DNA of 51,748 bases from Folioceros fuciformis (taxonomy: Eukaryota): NCBI GenBank assembly GCA_049999805.1, contig JBNGIO010006232.1, positions 134,592 to 186,339 of the forward strand, in the 5' to 3' direction. Below, one piece after another: positions 36,988 to 48,232 of the stretch (position 1 is the stretch's first letter; each line of letters starts with the position of its first letter). Under the pieces are notes generated by a model that saw only the letters and a list, made by a program, of their open reading frames with translations, was not told where the DNA came from and searched no databases. A program made the translations under genes and the position numbers.

Positions 36988-38667
36988 ATGCCGTCAGATT
37001 TCAGAACGCAGAGCAGGGGTCTGCTGCTTCCGCCAACGGAGGACGACGCATCGTCAGGCTGCGACAGGCTGCAGAGATACGAGCAGCTCAAGGTGTCGGT
37101 GCACGCACTGCGCAGCCAACTGCGGGCGCGGCCTGCTTCAGCATCCCCCTCGGCCCCAGTCCCCGGCGCACCCAGCCAAAACCCTAGGCCTGCATCTGCC
37201 AGCGTCACCGATGCAGCCGGAGCAAAGGAAACGGCGTCTGGAAAGCTTCTCCGGCGGCAATCTCAACTCCTGTACCAGGTCGGTTCTCTCTTCCTGCTCG
37301 GGTCGCTCTCAGGGGCCCGGATTTGCTGAACGGATAGGCGATTCCGATGGAGGGTCCTGGTCCTGAAGGATTCGTCATCGTGACACCTGTCTTCGACTCT
37401 GTTCAACAGGAAGAGATAGGCAAGTTGAGAGCCAAGCTGACGGAGAAGGAGAAGAAGATCGAGAGCCTGTCGCTCGAGAATGCGAAGCAGAAGAAGAAAC
37501 TGGAGTCACGTATCCATAATTTTGACAAGAAGTGTAGGGCTCTCGAGACTCAACTTGCGGAGAGCACTTCGAGAGTGCAAGAGGTAAGGTGCTCCCCTGA
37601 GGCCTTGTTGATTGACGTCATTGGCGGGCGATTCTCTGGATTTCGAACGCAGTCTCTGCGTTTGGATTGCAGGAGCTTGCTGCACAGGAGAGAGCCCAGG
37701 CCATGAGAAGAGAGAATGTGGAAGAGATGCACAGGCGGGCAGTGGTTGAGCTCAGGGACACCTACGATGCCACCATATCGGACCTTGAGAACAAATATCA
37801 GAGCTACAAGAACCAGGTGCCATTTTTGGGGATCACCCTCTTGGCTGGAGAGCAATCCACCATGGGGTAAATCGTTGATCTTCTGTGGCAGTCGGAAAGG
37901 ACGATGGAGGACTTGGCCGCTTCCAGCAACTCTCTGCGCGAGAAAGTGAGTCGTCTTGAGGAGGAGCTTGCTGCAGTATGCCTCAAGTCTGAAGATGATA
38001 GACTACGGCACCAACGAGAGGTATTACGATAGTTCTTGGTATGGATTGCTACTAAGCGCTGGGAAACAAGGGAAAGGAAAAAGAAAAAAGAAAAAAGAAA
38101 AAAAAAGGGCAAGACAGGACTTAAGTGCAGCATCACACGTATTGACGCCAGGCAAAGGAATGGAACCTCAAGCTTCAATCGATAAGCAAGAAACAAGAAG
38201 ATGAGATAACTGCCTTGAGTAAGTAGTCAATACATACACCTTCATGACCACCCACATAACTGTGCGTTATAGAGGCGTCCTGAAACCTCCACTGCAGGAA
38301 ACGAAATGGAGAAGGAGAAAAGAATATGGGAGAACGACAGGAAACAGGATGACGTTAGGCGTGCTTCGGAAATGCAAGGATACAAGTTGGAGAAGGTAAT
38401 CGAAGTGTGCAGGAGTGAAACCTGCTATGCGTTCAACGCCCTTTTTCTACAGCCGCCTAAGGTTTCAATACGTCGTGCACTTTGATCGGTTTCACGGTCC
38501 AGGTGAAAAAGATCGACACAATTGCAGAGCGCGTAAGGCTTGCCCTGGAAACCAAAGATACAATCATTCTGCAGCTGAAGGGTGAACTGACCAAATTGCA
38601 CCAGCATCTGAACCAGACCACTCACTGCTTTCAAGAGCAAGCCTCAGATTTACTTGGCAACCTCTGA
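36988..38667 (+). CDS. Coiled-coil protein, ~6 exons, C-terminus resembling CEP131/AZI1
   Basis: Phase-0 GT-AG introns join heptad-rich exons (EEIGKLRAKLTEKEKKIESL, ELAAQERAQ, SERTMEDLAASSNSLREKVSRLEEEL). The last exon is KKIDTIAERVRLALETKDTIILQLKGEL. The gene itself is well supported; the family call is tentative. Confidence 0.7.
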
Positions 38668-38891
38668 AATTGAGGGGAGCCTGGTAGGAAATTTCTTCCA
38701 CCGTTGGAGCCAAGGTGATACTGGACATCAACTTACAGAAGTCTCTTCAGATTAAGTCTGAGCTTAAGTCACCGTACCCTAGTCCGATTAGAGGGAAAAT
38801 CTTGTTAGTGCACTGATACAGGCGGCAACGAATGTTTGCCACTGTTAACCAAATTCATGGTGTAGTCAGATAGAATTCAGGTAAGATAAAC

Positions 38892-39835
38892 CTACAAGAA
38901 CGAAGCTGCGATTCTAGCTTCCAGACTGATGTCATCACCGCTATCTTCATCGAAAGTGTGATCAATGCAATGCGGACCCTCCAATTTCGAACATTGCCTT
39001 AGCACTTCTTCCGCAGTCGATATGACAGCGCATTTGGCCTCCACTAAGGAATGGAAGTCCTTGCCGACAATCCTGTTCGAAGCTCCACTTCTTGGCCGCT
39101 TCGAAGCGGCTCTAGCTAGCGACATATCCTGCTTCTTCCGATGGTGCAACAGGTCGATATATCGGTCGAGCTGCACATGATTTACTGTCCGCTTCAACAC
39201 CTCTGGACTACGATTCTCGTGTTGCCCGACATCTTGGTGAGACACCGCTATCCTGCTTCCCTTCCCTTTGCCTGGCTGCTGAACTAGACCTGGCACGTTT
39301 AGTCGGGTGGAGCTCACCGGTCTCAGGGTCTGCTTCTCATTTGCAGCTGCAATGCACTCCAAAGCAGCAAACTCATCGGCTTCGAAGCCTTCCTCTGCTA
39401 TGCGCTGTTGCCGCATCATTTCCCGCACGATTTTCCTAGACCTGCTCAGTGTAGGTTTCCTCTTTCGCTGTCTATTGCCACTCGCTCCATCCTCCGTCTC
39501 AGAATCATACGCTACCAGCTCTTCCGCACCTTTCGCAGGAGATCTACGACGAGATGCTCTTCGCAGCTGCGGAGGCGTGGGGAACGCCGAGTAGTGCTTG
39601 TCGAAACACTCCTTGGCGGTTCTCCCTGGCACCTGCAAGACTCGCCGCGCGCAAACCCTAAGACACTTTAGCTGGAAGCTGCAGCATAACCATGCCCAGG
39701 CAGAGGTGAAGCCTACCAGGATCAGGAAGGCACACTCACCTTTCTCGCAATATCAAGCCAGAAGTTCGCAGACGGCTTCACCTCATAGTATGCACTCTGC
39801 AGTGCTGCCTCCTCCTCTTTGGTCCAGGAATCCAT
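38892..39835 (-). CDS. SANT/Myb-like domain protein; exons 39835-39740 and 39632-38892
   Basis: MDSWTKEEEAALQSAYYEVKPSANFWLDIARK-VPGRTAKECFDKHYSAFPTP is restored by a GT-AG intron. Later SPEVLK...LDRYIDLLH motif and basic NLS-like stretches. Confidence 0.85.
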
Positions 39836-40293
39836 TCCCTGGGCCTAGCAATAGCAGCAGCACCGGCGTTTGTCCGCAGACTTTGTACAATGCTTCCAGA
39901 ACAGCTTGCGATCGTTCTTCCTTGTCATAATCAAGAAACTGGACCACGCCGCATCACACCAGCCTCTCCTCCTCTCCAGCATCCAATCTGCCATTCTTCG
40001 CAATTCTCACAGAGAAGAGCCTGATGGAATTACGAACCTTTGAATCCTACAATGCATTACGGCGCTTCGTCTCCGTGCAACGGTCATACTGGCGAAACAT
40101 TACCGATCTACTTTCGCCGCTCCTTATCCCATTCTCGGTTGTCCCTTCGATGGCAAATCCCGCCCTCGCCAAGCATCTGGTGGACGCTTGTCAGAATAGA
40201 ACCATGATCGGTGTTGGATGCAGTGGTTTTGTGCAGTGGACTCTTTCTTGCATTTTGTTTAAACAGGCTACCAGCACAAACAATGGAGAGGCG

Positions 40294-43200
40294 ATGTGGC
40301 GGATTAAATGGCTGCAGCCAGGCTTCACTGTCGGTGCTGCCTCACGGGATCATCGCTTATTCATATTTGCAGTCGTTCCTGCCCAGACAGTCTGCTGCGG
40401 ATGTTCGAGTGATCGGAAAATTGAGGGGGTTGAGAGGGAGGAGGCGACGGAAGTGGAACGGCTCTGGACGAACTTTTTTTCGGACCCTTTATACTGGTGG
40501 GATAACCGATCTAGCAAGGTGGAATGCCATCTCCTTCCTCCTGATGTGGGATCGGACATCGTTTTCTACCAGTGCTGCTTCTGACGTGGGCTCTTGTCGT
40601 GGGTTTCCAGAGGACTGTGGACTTTCCCGACTTCCGTAACAAGGTCACAAAGGAGGGCCTGTGGGTGGACAACGAACTCAACCCGAGCTGGGTGAAAAGC
40701 AAGCTCGATTCAATGGAACACATACTAAAGGCTGTGTCCTCTACCAAAGGTTTGTCCACGGTTTGACTGGCACAACCAGGTTGTGAAGTTCCAACATGCA
40801 GGCTTTAGTGGAGTAGAAAGATATTGGTTGTGTGCAGAAAAAGGGCCCTCCCCCAAAGATGTGAAGAAGGAGGAGCAGAAAATGTTGTGGGAGGAGTTCT
40901 TCGTGGATCCCTCTCAGTACAAAGATAATAGGCTGTACAAGGTAGTAGTATTCTGTCATTGTGTGCCTATGAATTTGAAGATGTGACACATTTGACTTGG
41001 GCTCCCGGACTTGCGTGTAGAAAAATCCCCAGCAACCCGACTTTAGGCACAAGAGAACAAATGCTGCTCTGTGGATTAATAATTCGCTGAAACCTCCGTG
41101 GGTAGAGTCACTGTTAGCTACGCTGGAATGGGGTGGAGCACACTCAAATGGTGAGTCCGGCTGCAGTCTGTCCACTTCTGGCTCAGCTTTAGGACACCAA
41201 ACGTAGAATATGTCTGATTGTTATCTATTGATTGCTTATCTTATTAAAATTGAAAGGTAGCAGTTCGTGAATCGCGCAGGGAAGTTGATGTGTCTGATTG
41301 CACCCAGAAGCTGAAGAGTTTGTGTGAAGAAGGATAAATCGAGGAGGCCCTTGACGTGCTCATGGAGGAGCAGGGGTTGGTGATCTACACTGAGATCTAC
41401 CGCTACCTGCTGCAGGGATGGATTGAAAAACAATCCCTGGCAGAGGCTAAGGAAGTCCATGCTCGCATTATGAGGAACGGATTTGAATCAAACAGCTATT
41501 TGGGGGAGTCCCTTGTGAACATGTTTGTCAAATGCGGGAGCCTTTCTGAGGCCCTCAACGTTTTCAACAGGTTGCCACGGCGCACAACATTCTCATGGAC
41601 TGCAATTATCTCTGGATACACCAAGGATGTACAACAATTGGAAGCTGTTGAAGTGTACAAGAGAATGAGGAAGGAAGGTATCATCCCCAACAAGTACACG
41701 TTTGTTAGTGTGCTCAAATCTTGTGGCATCTTACAGGACTTGGACGAGGGAAAGAGTGTACATGCAGAAGTAGTAGCCTGTGGATGCGAATCAGATTTGT
41801 ACGTTGGGACTACTCTTGTGGACGTGTATTCAAGATGTGGAATTATGGATCGAGCCCGGCAGGTCTTCGACACGCTGTGTCAGCGTGACATTGTGTTATG
41901 GAATGGGATGATTGCAGGATATGTCCAGCAAGGGCAATACACAGAAGCTTTGCAGTTGTACAAACAAATGCACGAGGAAGGTGTCAGCCCACATGATAGA
42001 ATCTTTGTCAGTGTCCTAAAAGCTTGTGGCAGCTTAGCAAGCACTGAGGAAGGTACACTGGTCGATGGTCAGTTGCTGAAGATGTACGCCCTGCTGATGG
42101 GTAAGGCCGATTCTCATGCATGGCGCTGAGTTAGACGATTACGTCGCCACCACTCTAATTAGTATGTATGGAGTGTGTGGGCGTATGGAGGATGCTCAGT
42201 CTGTTTTTGAAATTCAGACCCACTGCACTGTGGAGTCATGGAACGCACTGATAGAGGGGTATGTGGAACAAAAACAAAGTGCACGTGGTCTTGAACTCTA
42301 TGATCGTATGAAGGACGCAGGTTTCCAGCCAGATAATTAGACATTTGTAAGCATACTTAAAGCTTGTGTTAGCATGGCCGCCATGGAGCAAGAGTTGATC
42401 ATCTGTTGGCAAGCAGTGAAAGTAGTATCACTGCAGAGAGGTAAAGCAGTGCATGCCGAGCTTGTTCGAATGGGTCGTGACTTGAACACTTTTGTTGGTA
42501 ACACTCTTATCCACATGTTTGCCAGATTTGAGGGCCTCGTAGATGCGCGACGTGTGTTTGATACATTGTCCCCACGCAGTATTGTATCCTGGAACGCCAT
42601 AATCGCAGGGTATACTGACCTAGGACAAGGTGAGGAAGCCATCCAACTATATGGCCAAATGCAGAAAAAGGGCGTAGTACCAAATGAGTCCACATTTCTC
42701 TGTATATTGAAAGCCTCCAGCAGTGTTGGGGCTTTAAGCATAACCATCGAGGTCCATCGTGACCTAGTTCAAAGTGGACTCCCGTTGACATCACTTCTGG
42801 CCAGCAGTCTCATTCCAGCATATGGCAAATGTGGGAGCATGACGCAAGCTCAGCAGCTCTTCGACACATTGACTGAACCTGACGTTATATCATGGAACTC
42901 GTTAATCGCTGGCTATGCCCGGCAAGCAGAAGTTCACACGTGCTTGCCATGTTTCGAGGAGATGCTTCATGCAGGGGTACAGCCAGATGAAGTGATCTTC
43001 AACCATGTTCTGACATCTTGTTGTCATGCAGGCATGGTGCATGAGGGCCTGCAGTATTTTAAGGCCATGAAGTATCGCAGAATTGCACCTGGGCTACGAC
43101 ACTATGCAAATCTGGTCGACCTCCTTGGCCGTGCAGGACTCTTCAAACAGGCTGAGGACGTTATCGCAGGCATGCCCATGGGACCTGATCTAGCAATGTG

Positions 43201-43539
43201 GTTGTCTATACTTGCCTCGTGCCGACACTACAGCAACCTAGACTGTGGACGCCGTGCTTTCGAGTCTGCGGTGAAATGGATTCGAGGGAGGCAGCACCTT
43301 ATGTTCTAATGTCCACATTGTACAGACAGGCTAGTATGGCGGAGGAAGCCGACAAGCTGAGAACAGTTGTAGGAGCGTGGAAGAAGCCTGGAAAGAGCTG
43401 GATTGGGCAGGGAGACGAAGTCCATGAATTTTCAATTGGAGATAGGAGCCATGTCCAGAGCCAGCACATCTTCTGGACCATGTCTGCGCTATCTGCGCGG
43501 ATGAAAACACTGCTAGATTTTGAAAGAGGGTGCCAGTGA
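40294..43539 (+). pseudogene. Two OSB-type PDF motifs fused to a PLS-class PPR array with E/E+ end; apparently disrupted
   Basis: Predicted exons are 40294-40518, 40611-40749, 40838-40941, 41021-41150 and 41264-43539. The PDF motifs are LWTNFFSDPLYWWDNRSSK-RTVDFPDFRNKVTKEGLWVD and LWEEFFVDPSQYKDNRLYK-KNPQQPDFRHKRTNAALWIN. P/L/S repeats follow, then HYANLVDLLGRAG and KKPGKSWI...GDRSH. Lesions: TAA 41335-41337, frameshift ~42110, TAG 42338-42340, frameshift ~43272. Confidence 0.85.
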
Positions 43540-43585
43540 CTGAACCTTGATCCAGTAGATAAGCACTGCACTCAGGATACTTCAC

Positions 43586-43740
43586 GCTGCGATGGCCAAG
43601 ACCCATGCAGCGACACGCCCACAGCTTGGAAAGGGCACACTCTTATAGCTACCGCCTCTAAACTGCTATGGCCAAGACCCAAGCAACCACACGCTCGAAC
43701 CGTGCCGATGGGTAGCTCCTCATCGCTACCGCCACAAGTG
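43586..43740. repeat. Degenerate 2 x 76 bp direct repeat
   Basis: atggccaagaccca at 43592 and 43668, each followed by cacgc... and gctaccgcc. Confidence 0.7.
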
Positions 43741-44492
43741 CCTGCATGTAATGCATAAGATGCCTAATCTGTCACGTATTGCGCTTCACTGTCAACTCCC
43801 GAATCTCTGCACACTGCAGATTCTATAGCAACAGGTGCTCCCGGTGTCAGAACTTTAAAAAATTGTCCTATCTAGAGTCTACCCTGCGCCACCACATCGG
43901 TCAACCTACTTCCTCACAAGTCACTAGGCCGCAGTGTTTCCCTTGAGGGTCTCACCACAAACTGCCCACTGGAGAGAACCAAGCTGGCAGGCTATTGCCT
44001 CATTAAGGATAGCTCCATCCGGCTAGAGGTTAAGACCATGGGCCTTCAGAAGACAATGGCTTCAACCTCTGGCGCCTGTACTATCCTAGCCAACACCCTG
44101 CTGGCTTCCATGTTCACTGTCTCTTGACATGTGCTCACCACGACAAAGCTCCAGGCCGCATTTACAAAGAATGGAATTCTTCAGCAGTTCGGCCAGCCAC
44201 TTTTGTCTTTCGATGGAATCAGTCTTCGTCCCCGTTCATAATCGGATCCAATCCCATTCCAGACATCCATCCTCCACCTTCAGACTGTTAATCGAGCCAC
44301 CAGCCTGTCAAGGCTCCTCTCCCAGACAGAATGAAACTGCTTGCTGCCTCCTCTATACAAAACTGTGCGCCCTGCCTCTTTTCTGTTTCTCTAGGTCCAG
44401 TTTGTCCATGGAGCCACTGGACTCTTTTTTGAGGTCGTGCCTGTCATTTGATAGACCTGACCCAACAGACTAAATCCTTTTGAGTCTCAGCA

Positions 44493-45989
44493 TCATACTT
44501 TGTCATGGGCTTTAGTGCCAGGCTCCTGTTCATTGTAAGAACCTGAATCAGAGTCAGAGTCAGAGTCAGAGTCAGAGTCGGAGTCAGCTTCGGAGTCTGT
44601 GTCCGAGCCCCAGTCCGAGACGGAGTCGGAGTCTGAAAAGGCCGACAAATCTGATTCGTCCGAAAAGTCTGCAAGCTTCGCCTGCAAAAGTGCTTGAGAC
44701 GACTTGCTAGGATCCTGCATTTCCACAGACGAGACATTATCTGCCACTTCTAGTGGTGGAGCACTGGCTGCCTCAAGGGCCATTTGTATTTGAACTTTCT
44801 TCAGCTCAATTTCCAGCTTTCCTACGTACTCCCTCAACGCTTGAAGTGACTGCGCATGCTGTGATCTAAGTAAGGCCTGCAGAAATTGCATGTATTAGTG
44901 GAATTCGTCCAGTGACCTATGATAACCCACAAGACTAATGACGAGGAATGCATCAAGGCAAGACCGGGTAGGAAAATGCATGCACCTTTCGCTTATCCAG
45001 CATATTATCAGGAATCAACTTCTTCGGCTGCTTGTAGTTCCTCCCTCGGTACATGATTATGGTAGTTCCCTGATGAATGTCGATGACTTTCCCTCCCGAA
45101 AGCTTCTCCAGCTCCGTTGCAATGGCCCTAACCTCACCAGCTTGTTGGTTCTGGCAGTCAATGCGCACAGTTTCATGCTTCTTCCAATGCAAATGCATGT
45201 TCTGTATTGTTCCACCGTACACCCCACGTCGTCCTACAGGAACGTAGTTCCTGTTCTTGTAACCGATTTTCTTCAAGGCATGCAGTTGCTCTGGTGTCAG
45301 CACTTCCGGGTCATCTGGTTTAGCTGGCGGCTCGGGGACAGCATACTTCTTGATGGCCTGCTCATGACGCTCTATCTTCTTCTGAGCCTGCATCCAGCAA
45401 CAACCACAAAACTTCACCACAGCTCTACTGTCCGATGACAACCAATGTAATGAAGGAACATCTTTCGACAGCAACAACTGAACATCAATGCACAATTCTA
45501 TACCTTATGCATTCTGTACTTTAACAGCTCATCAGGGGACATGCTTAGTTTCCTCATCTTCCTCTCCCGCCGCAGCATCTTCAGTCGCATCGTGTCCTCC
45601 TTGGAAACCTTCCTCCTGTGACTTTTCTTCTTTTTCTTCTTCTTCTGACTCTTGAACCGCACACTTCCCCCCAGAAACGGATTCCTTGATGAGACCCACG
45701 ATACAGGTACCAGTCCACCCCCTTGTCCTCCTACAGTCACTGAAGTAAACATCCTCCATTGCCCCAGAAGCCCGTGAATCGCAGGGACCTGGAGCTCAGC
45801 GGCATTCAACCCATCTATCGACTCTTGCCCCTTTGACCCCTGGCCCAAACCTCCAGGGGCAACATCCACTCCAATGTCAGTCAAGTACAATGAGCTCAGC
45901 CAAGGAGGAACTTCCGGGACAGGCATCCGAGGACGCAGCCCGTGCGATGTACACAGTTCAATGCATTTACGCCTGATGCACCACGACAT
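44493..45989 (-). CDS. Single-CRM-domain (CRS1/YhbY) RNA-binding protein, organellar splicing-factor type; 3 exons
   Basis: DPEVLTPEQLHALKKIGYKNRNYVPVGRRGVYGGTIQNMHLHWKKHETV...IIMYRGRNY, a Lys/Arg-rich linker and a Ser-Asp acidic tail. The 3' end could include a further exon. Confidence 0.9.
44546..44635. repeat. Hexamer microsatellite (gagtca/gagtcg)n encoding a Ser-Asp repeat in the CRM gene
   Basis: Directly visible; translates on the - strand as SDSDSDSDSDS. Confidence 0.9.
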
Positions 45990-46092
45990 GGCTCCGCAGC
46001 TCCCAATACAGTCTCACTGCAGCTCTCAATCGTCATGCATTTCCACCTTTCATCAGTTGGGAGCCAGTCACTTTGCTTCCTCAAACCGTCTT

Positions 46093-46108
46093 AAACCCTA
46101 GACCCTAG
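46093..46108 (+). promoter_or_regulatory. Telo-box-like AAACCCTAG-ACCCTAG in the ~400-nt divergent interval between the CRM and PPR genes
   Basis: The motif is visible. Telo-boxes are known plant promoter elements, but function here is unverified. Confidence 0.35.
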
Positions 46109-46385
46109 CAGTTCAGTCACCAGGGGGAACGAAAGCCCTATCAGAGCTTGGCTTCTTTGGGTCCGTGGGAATGATTTGTAGTGCAAATGAATCCCCTTAG
46201 CATTCGACGCCATGTCACTGGCAATTGTGTATGCTCAACCCTGTCCGGTCCACATTCCAGGCAAGCTCATGGTGCTGGCTGGAAGCCTGGCCACTTGCTT
46301 GATTAGGCAGCTATGGTTGATGCACTGCGGGAGTTCCGGTCCCTGCAAGGTATTGGGTTTCTCCTCCACGCAAGAAACGTAGGGA

Positions 46386-48232
46386 ATGAGGAGGACAGAA
46401 ACCGCAGGCCTGAAGAAAGCTTTTGCTTCAGCAATCAGCCAAGCTGGTGCTTATATAAGATTAGGAACGATCTCGAGGGGGTCATGCACCTTTCCAGAGG
46501 ATGTTCAAGCAGGGGAATCGGATAGGGTTCGGAGGTTTGCGGCTCGGAGGGGTAAGCAAAGGATTGGAGTTTCTCAAGGGAACCAGGAGCAGTGCTTTAA
46601 GGTGCAGGGAGACAGACGGCCTGTCTGGTGGATGGAAGATCATGTCCCTGCCGTCGAACAGCAAGGTCGGGGAGGACGGAGTGCAGATCGCTCGGGACTC
46701 AAAGTGAGGTAAAATGTCTTCGACTGGAGTAATGCCCCTAGTGTGAAGCAAAGATAGCTGATCGCCTGGAAATCACGTCAGATCGTCCTGAATTTTGCAG
46801 AGGCGATATCAGCTCCTCTGATGGGTTGGAGAGCCTCCTGAAGGATGGTCGGCTGCATGAAGCTCTGGCAGAATGTATAAAGAACCGCAATCTTGCCGTC
46901 GGGAGACGAGTGTATGCGCTCGCCGTCAATCAAGGTCTGGACAAGGATGTGTCAATTGGAAAGAGGTTCATTCGCCTTTTTGCTTCTGCTCGTTGTTTGT
47001 CTGAAGCGCGTCAAGCTTTCCGCAATATCGTTGCCCCAAACGCATCCGCTTGGCGGCTGATCATCTCAGCAGAGGCCAGCCTGGGTACGGGTGAAGAGGC
47101 TGTCAAATTGTATCAGGAGATGGTGTGGTCTGGAGTGCGACCCAACGAGTATATCTTTGTGCCGGCTCTGAAAGCGTGTGCTAGCCTAGGATTGTTACGA
47201 GAGGGGAGGGAGATCCACTCCCAAGTGATCAAGTCTGGGTGTAAGATAGATGTATATCTTGGGACCGCACTTGTCGACATGTATGCCAAGTGTGGCAGCC
47301 TGGCTGATGGACGCAAAGTTTTTAACTGCCTTACAGAAAAAAATGTAGCTCTTTGGACCTCCATCATTGCCGGATATGCACAAGGTGGCAGAGGTCAGGA
47401 AGCTCTTCAGCTGTTTGAGCAAATGCAAATGCAAGGCGTGCAGCCGAATCGAGTCACTTTTGTTTGTGTGTTGAAAGCATGCACCTCGGTTGCAGCGTTA
47501 GAGCAGGGACGAGAGATTCATGCACAAGTTTTGCAGAATGGATTCGAATGCGACATGGTATTAGGGAATGCTCTAGTGGACATGTACTGCAAGTGTGGGA
47601 GCCTTGATGAGGCGCTGAGACTATTTGATCAGCTGCCAGGAAAAGATGTAGTGTCTTGGACATCGTTGATCGGAGGCTATGCTCACAACGGTGATGCAGA
47701 GGGAGCGTTGAATCTCTTTGAGCAGATGCAGGCGAAGGGTCTAGAGCCTAACGGTATCACATTTGTGAACGTTCTCACTGCCTGCAACCATGCTGGAAGG
47801 GTCGAAGAAGGTTCTCGCTTGTTTCAAGGTATGTCTAAGAGCTTTGGCATCAGCCCACAGGCTGAGCATTATGCCTCCATGGTGGACCTGCTTGGTCGTG
47901 CGGGCCATCTGAACGAGGTGGAAGAATTCATTAACGCAATGCCCTTGCAAGCTGATGTGAAGGTTTGGACGTCTGTGCTTGGGGCATGTCACACACACGG
48001 AAATCTGGAGCTCGGCAAACGAGCTTTCCGGGAGGTCATTGAACGAGAACCAGGCTGTGCCTCAGCTTATGTTCTAATGTCAAATATTTATGAAGCTGCT
48101 GACAGGATGGATGACGCCATAGCCATGCGACGCATGATGAGGACTGCAGGGGTAACGAAGCTACCAGGGAGGAGCTGGATACAGGTTCAGAACGAGGTTT
48201 TCAGTTTCCAAGCCCTGTGTGTACCTCCTTAA
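46386..48232 (+). CDS. PLS-class PPR protein with E domains and truncated E+ (no DYW); exons 46386-46708 and 46801-48232
   Basis: Regular P-L-S triplets (ALVDMYAKCGSL, WTSIIAGYAQ, TFVCVLKAC), then HYASMVDLLGRAG, AYVLMSNIY and KLPGRSWIQV. A phase-2 GT-AG intron (46709-46800) joins an upstream exon in frame. Confidence 0.92.

Noticed and set aside
41335-42340. Stops rescued by U-to-C RNA editing
   Set aside because: Reverse editing is known only for organellar transcripts. This is a spliceosomal nuclear gene, and it also has two frameshifts that editing cannot repair. The gtaagg donor at 42101 has no phase-compatible acceptor among those I tested.
43380-43600. DYW deaminase domain after the PPR arrays (also checked after 48232)
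   Set aside because: No HxE or CxxC zinc-binding motif and no DYW terminus found downstream of either gene.
44120-44200. LINE reverse-transcriptase remnant (DKAPG...MEFF)
   Set aside because: Only two short words in different frames, with no further RT motifs; too weak to call.
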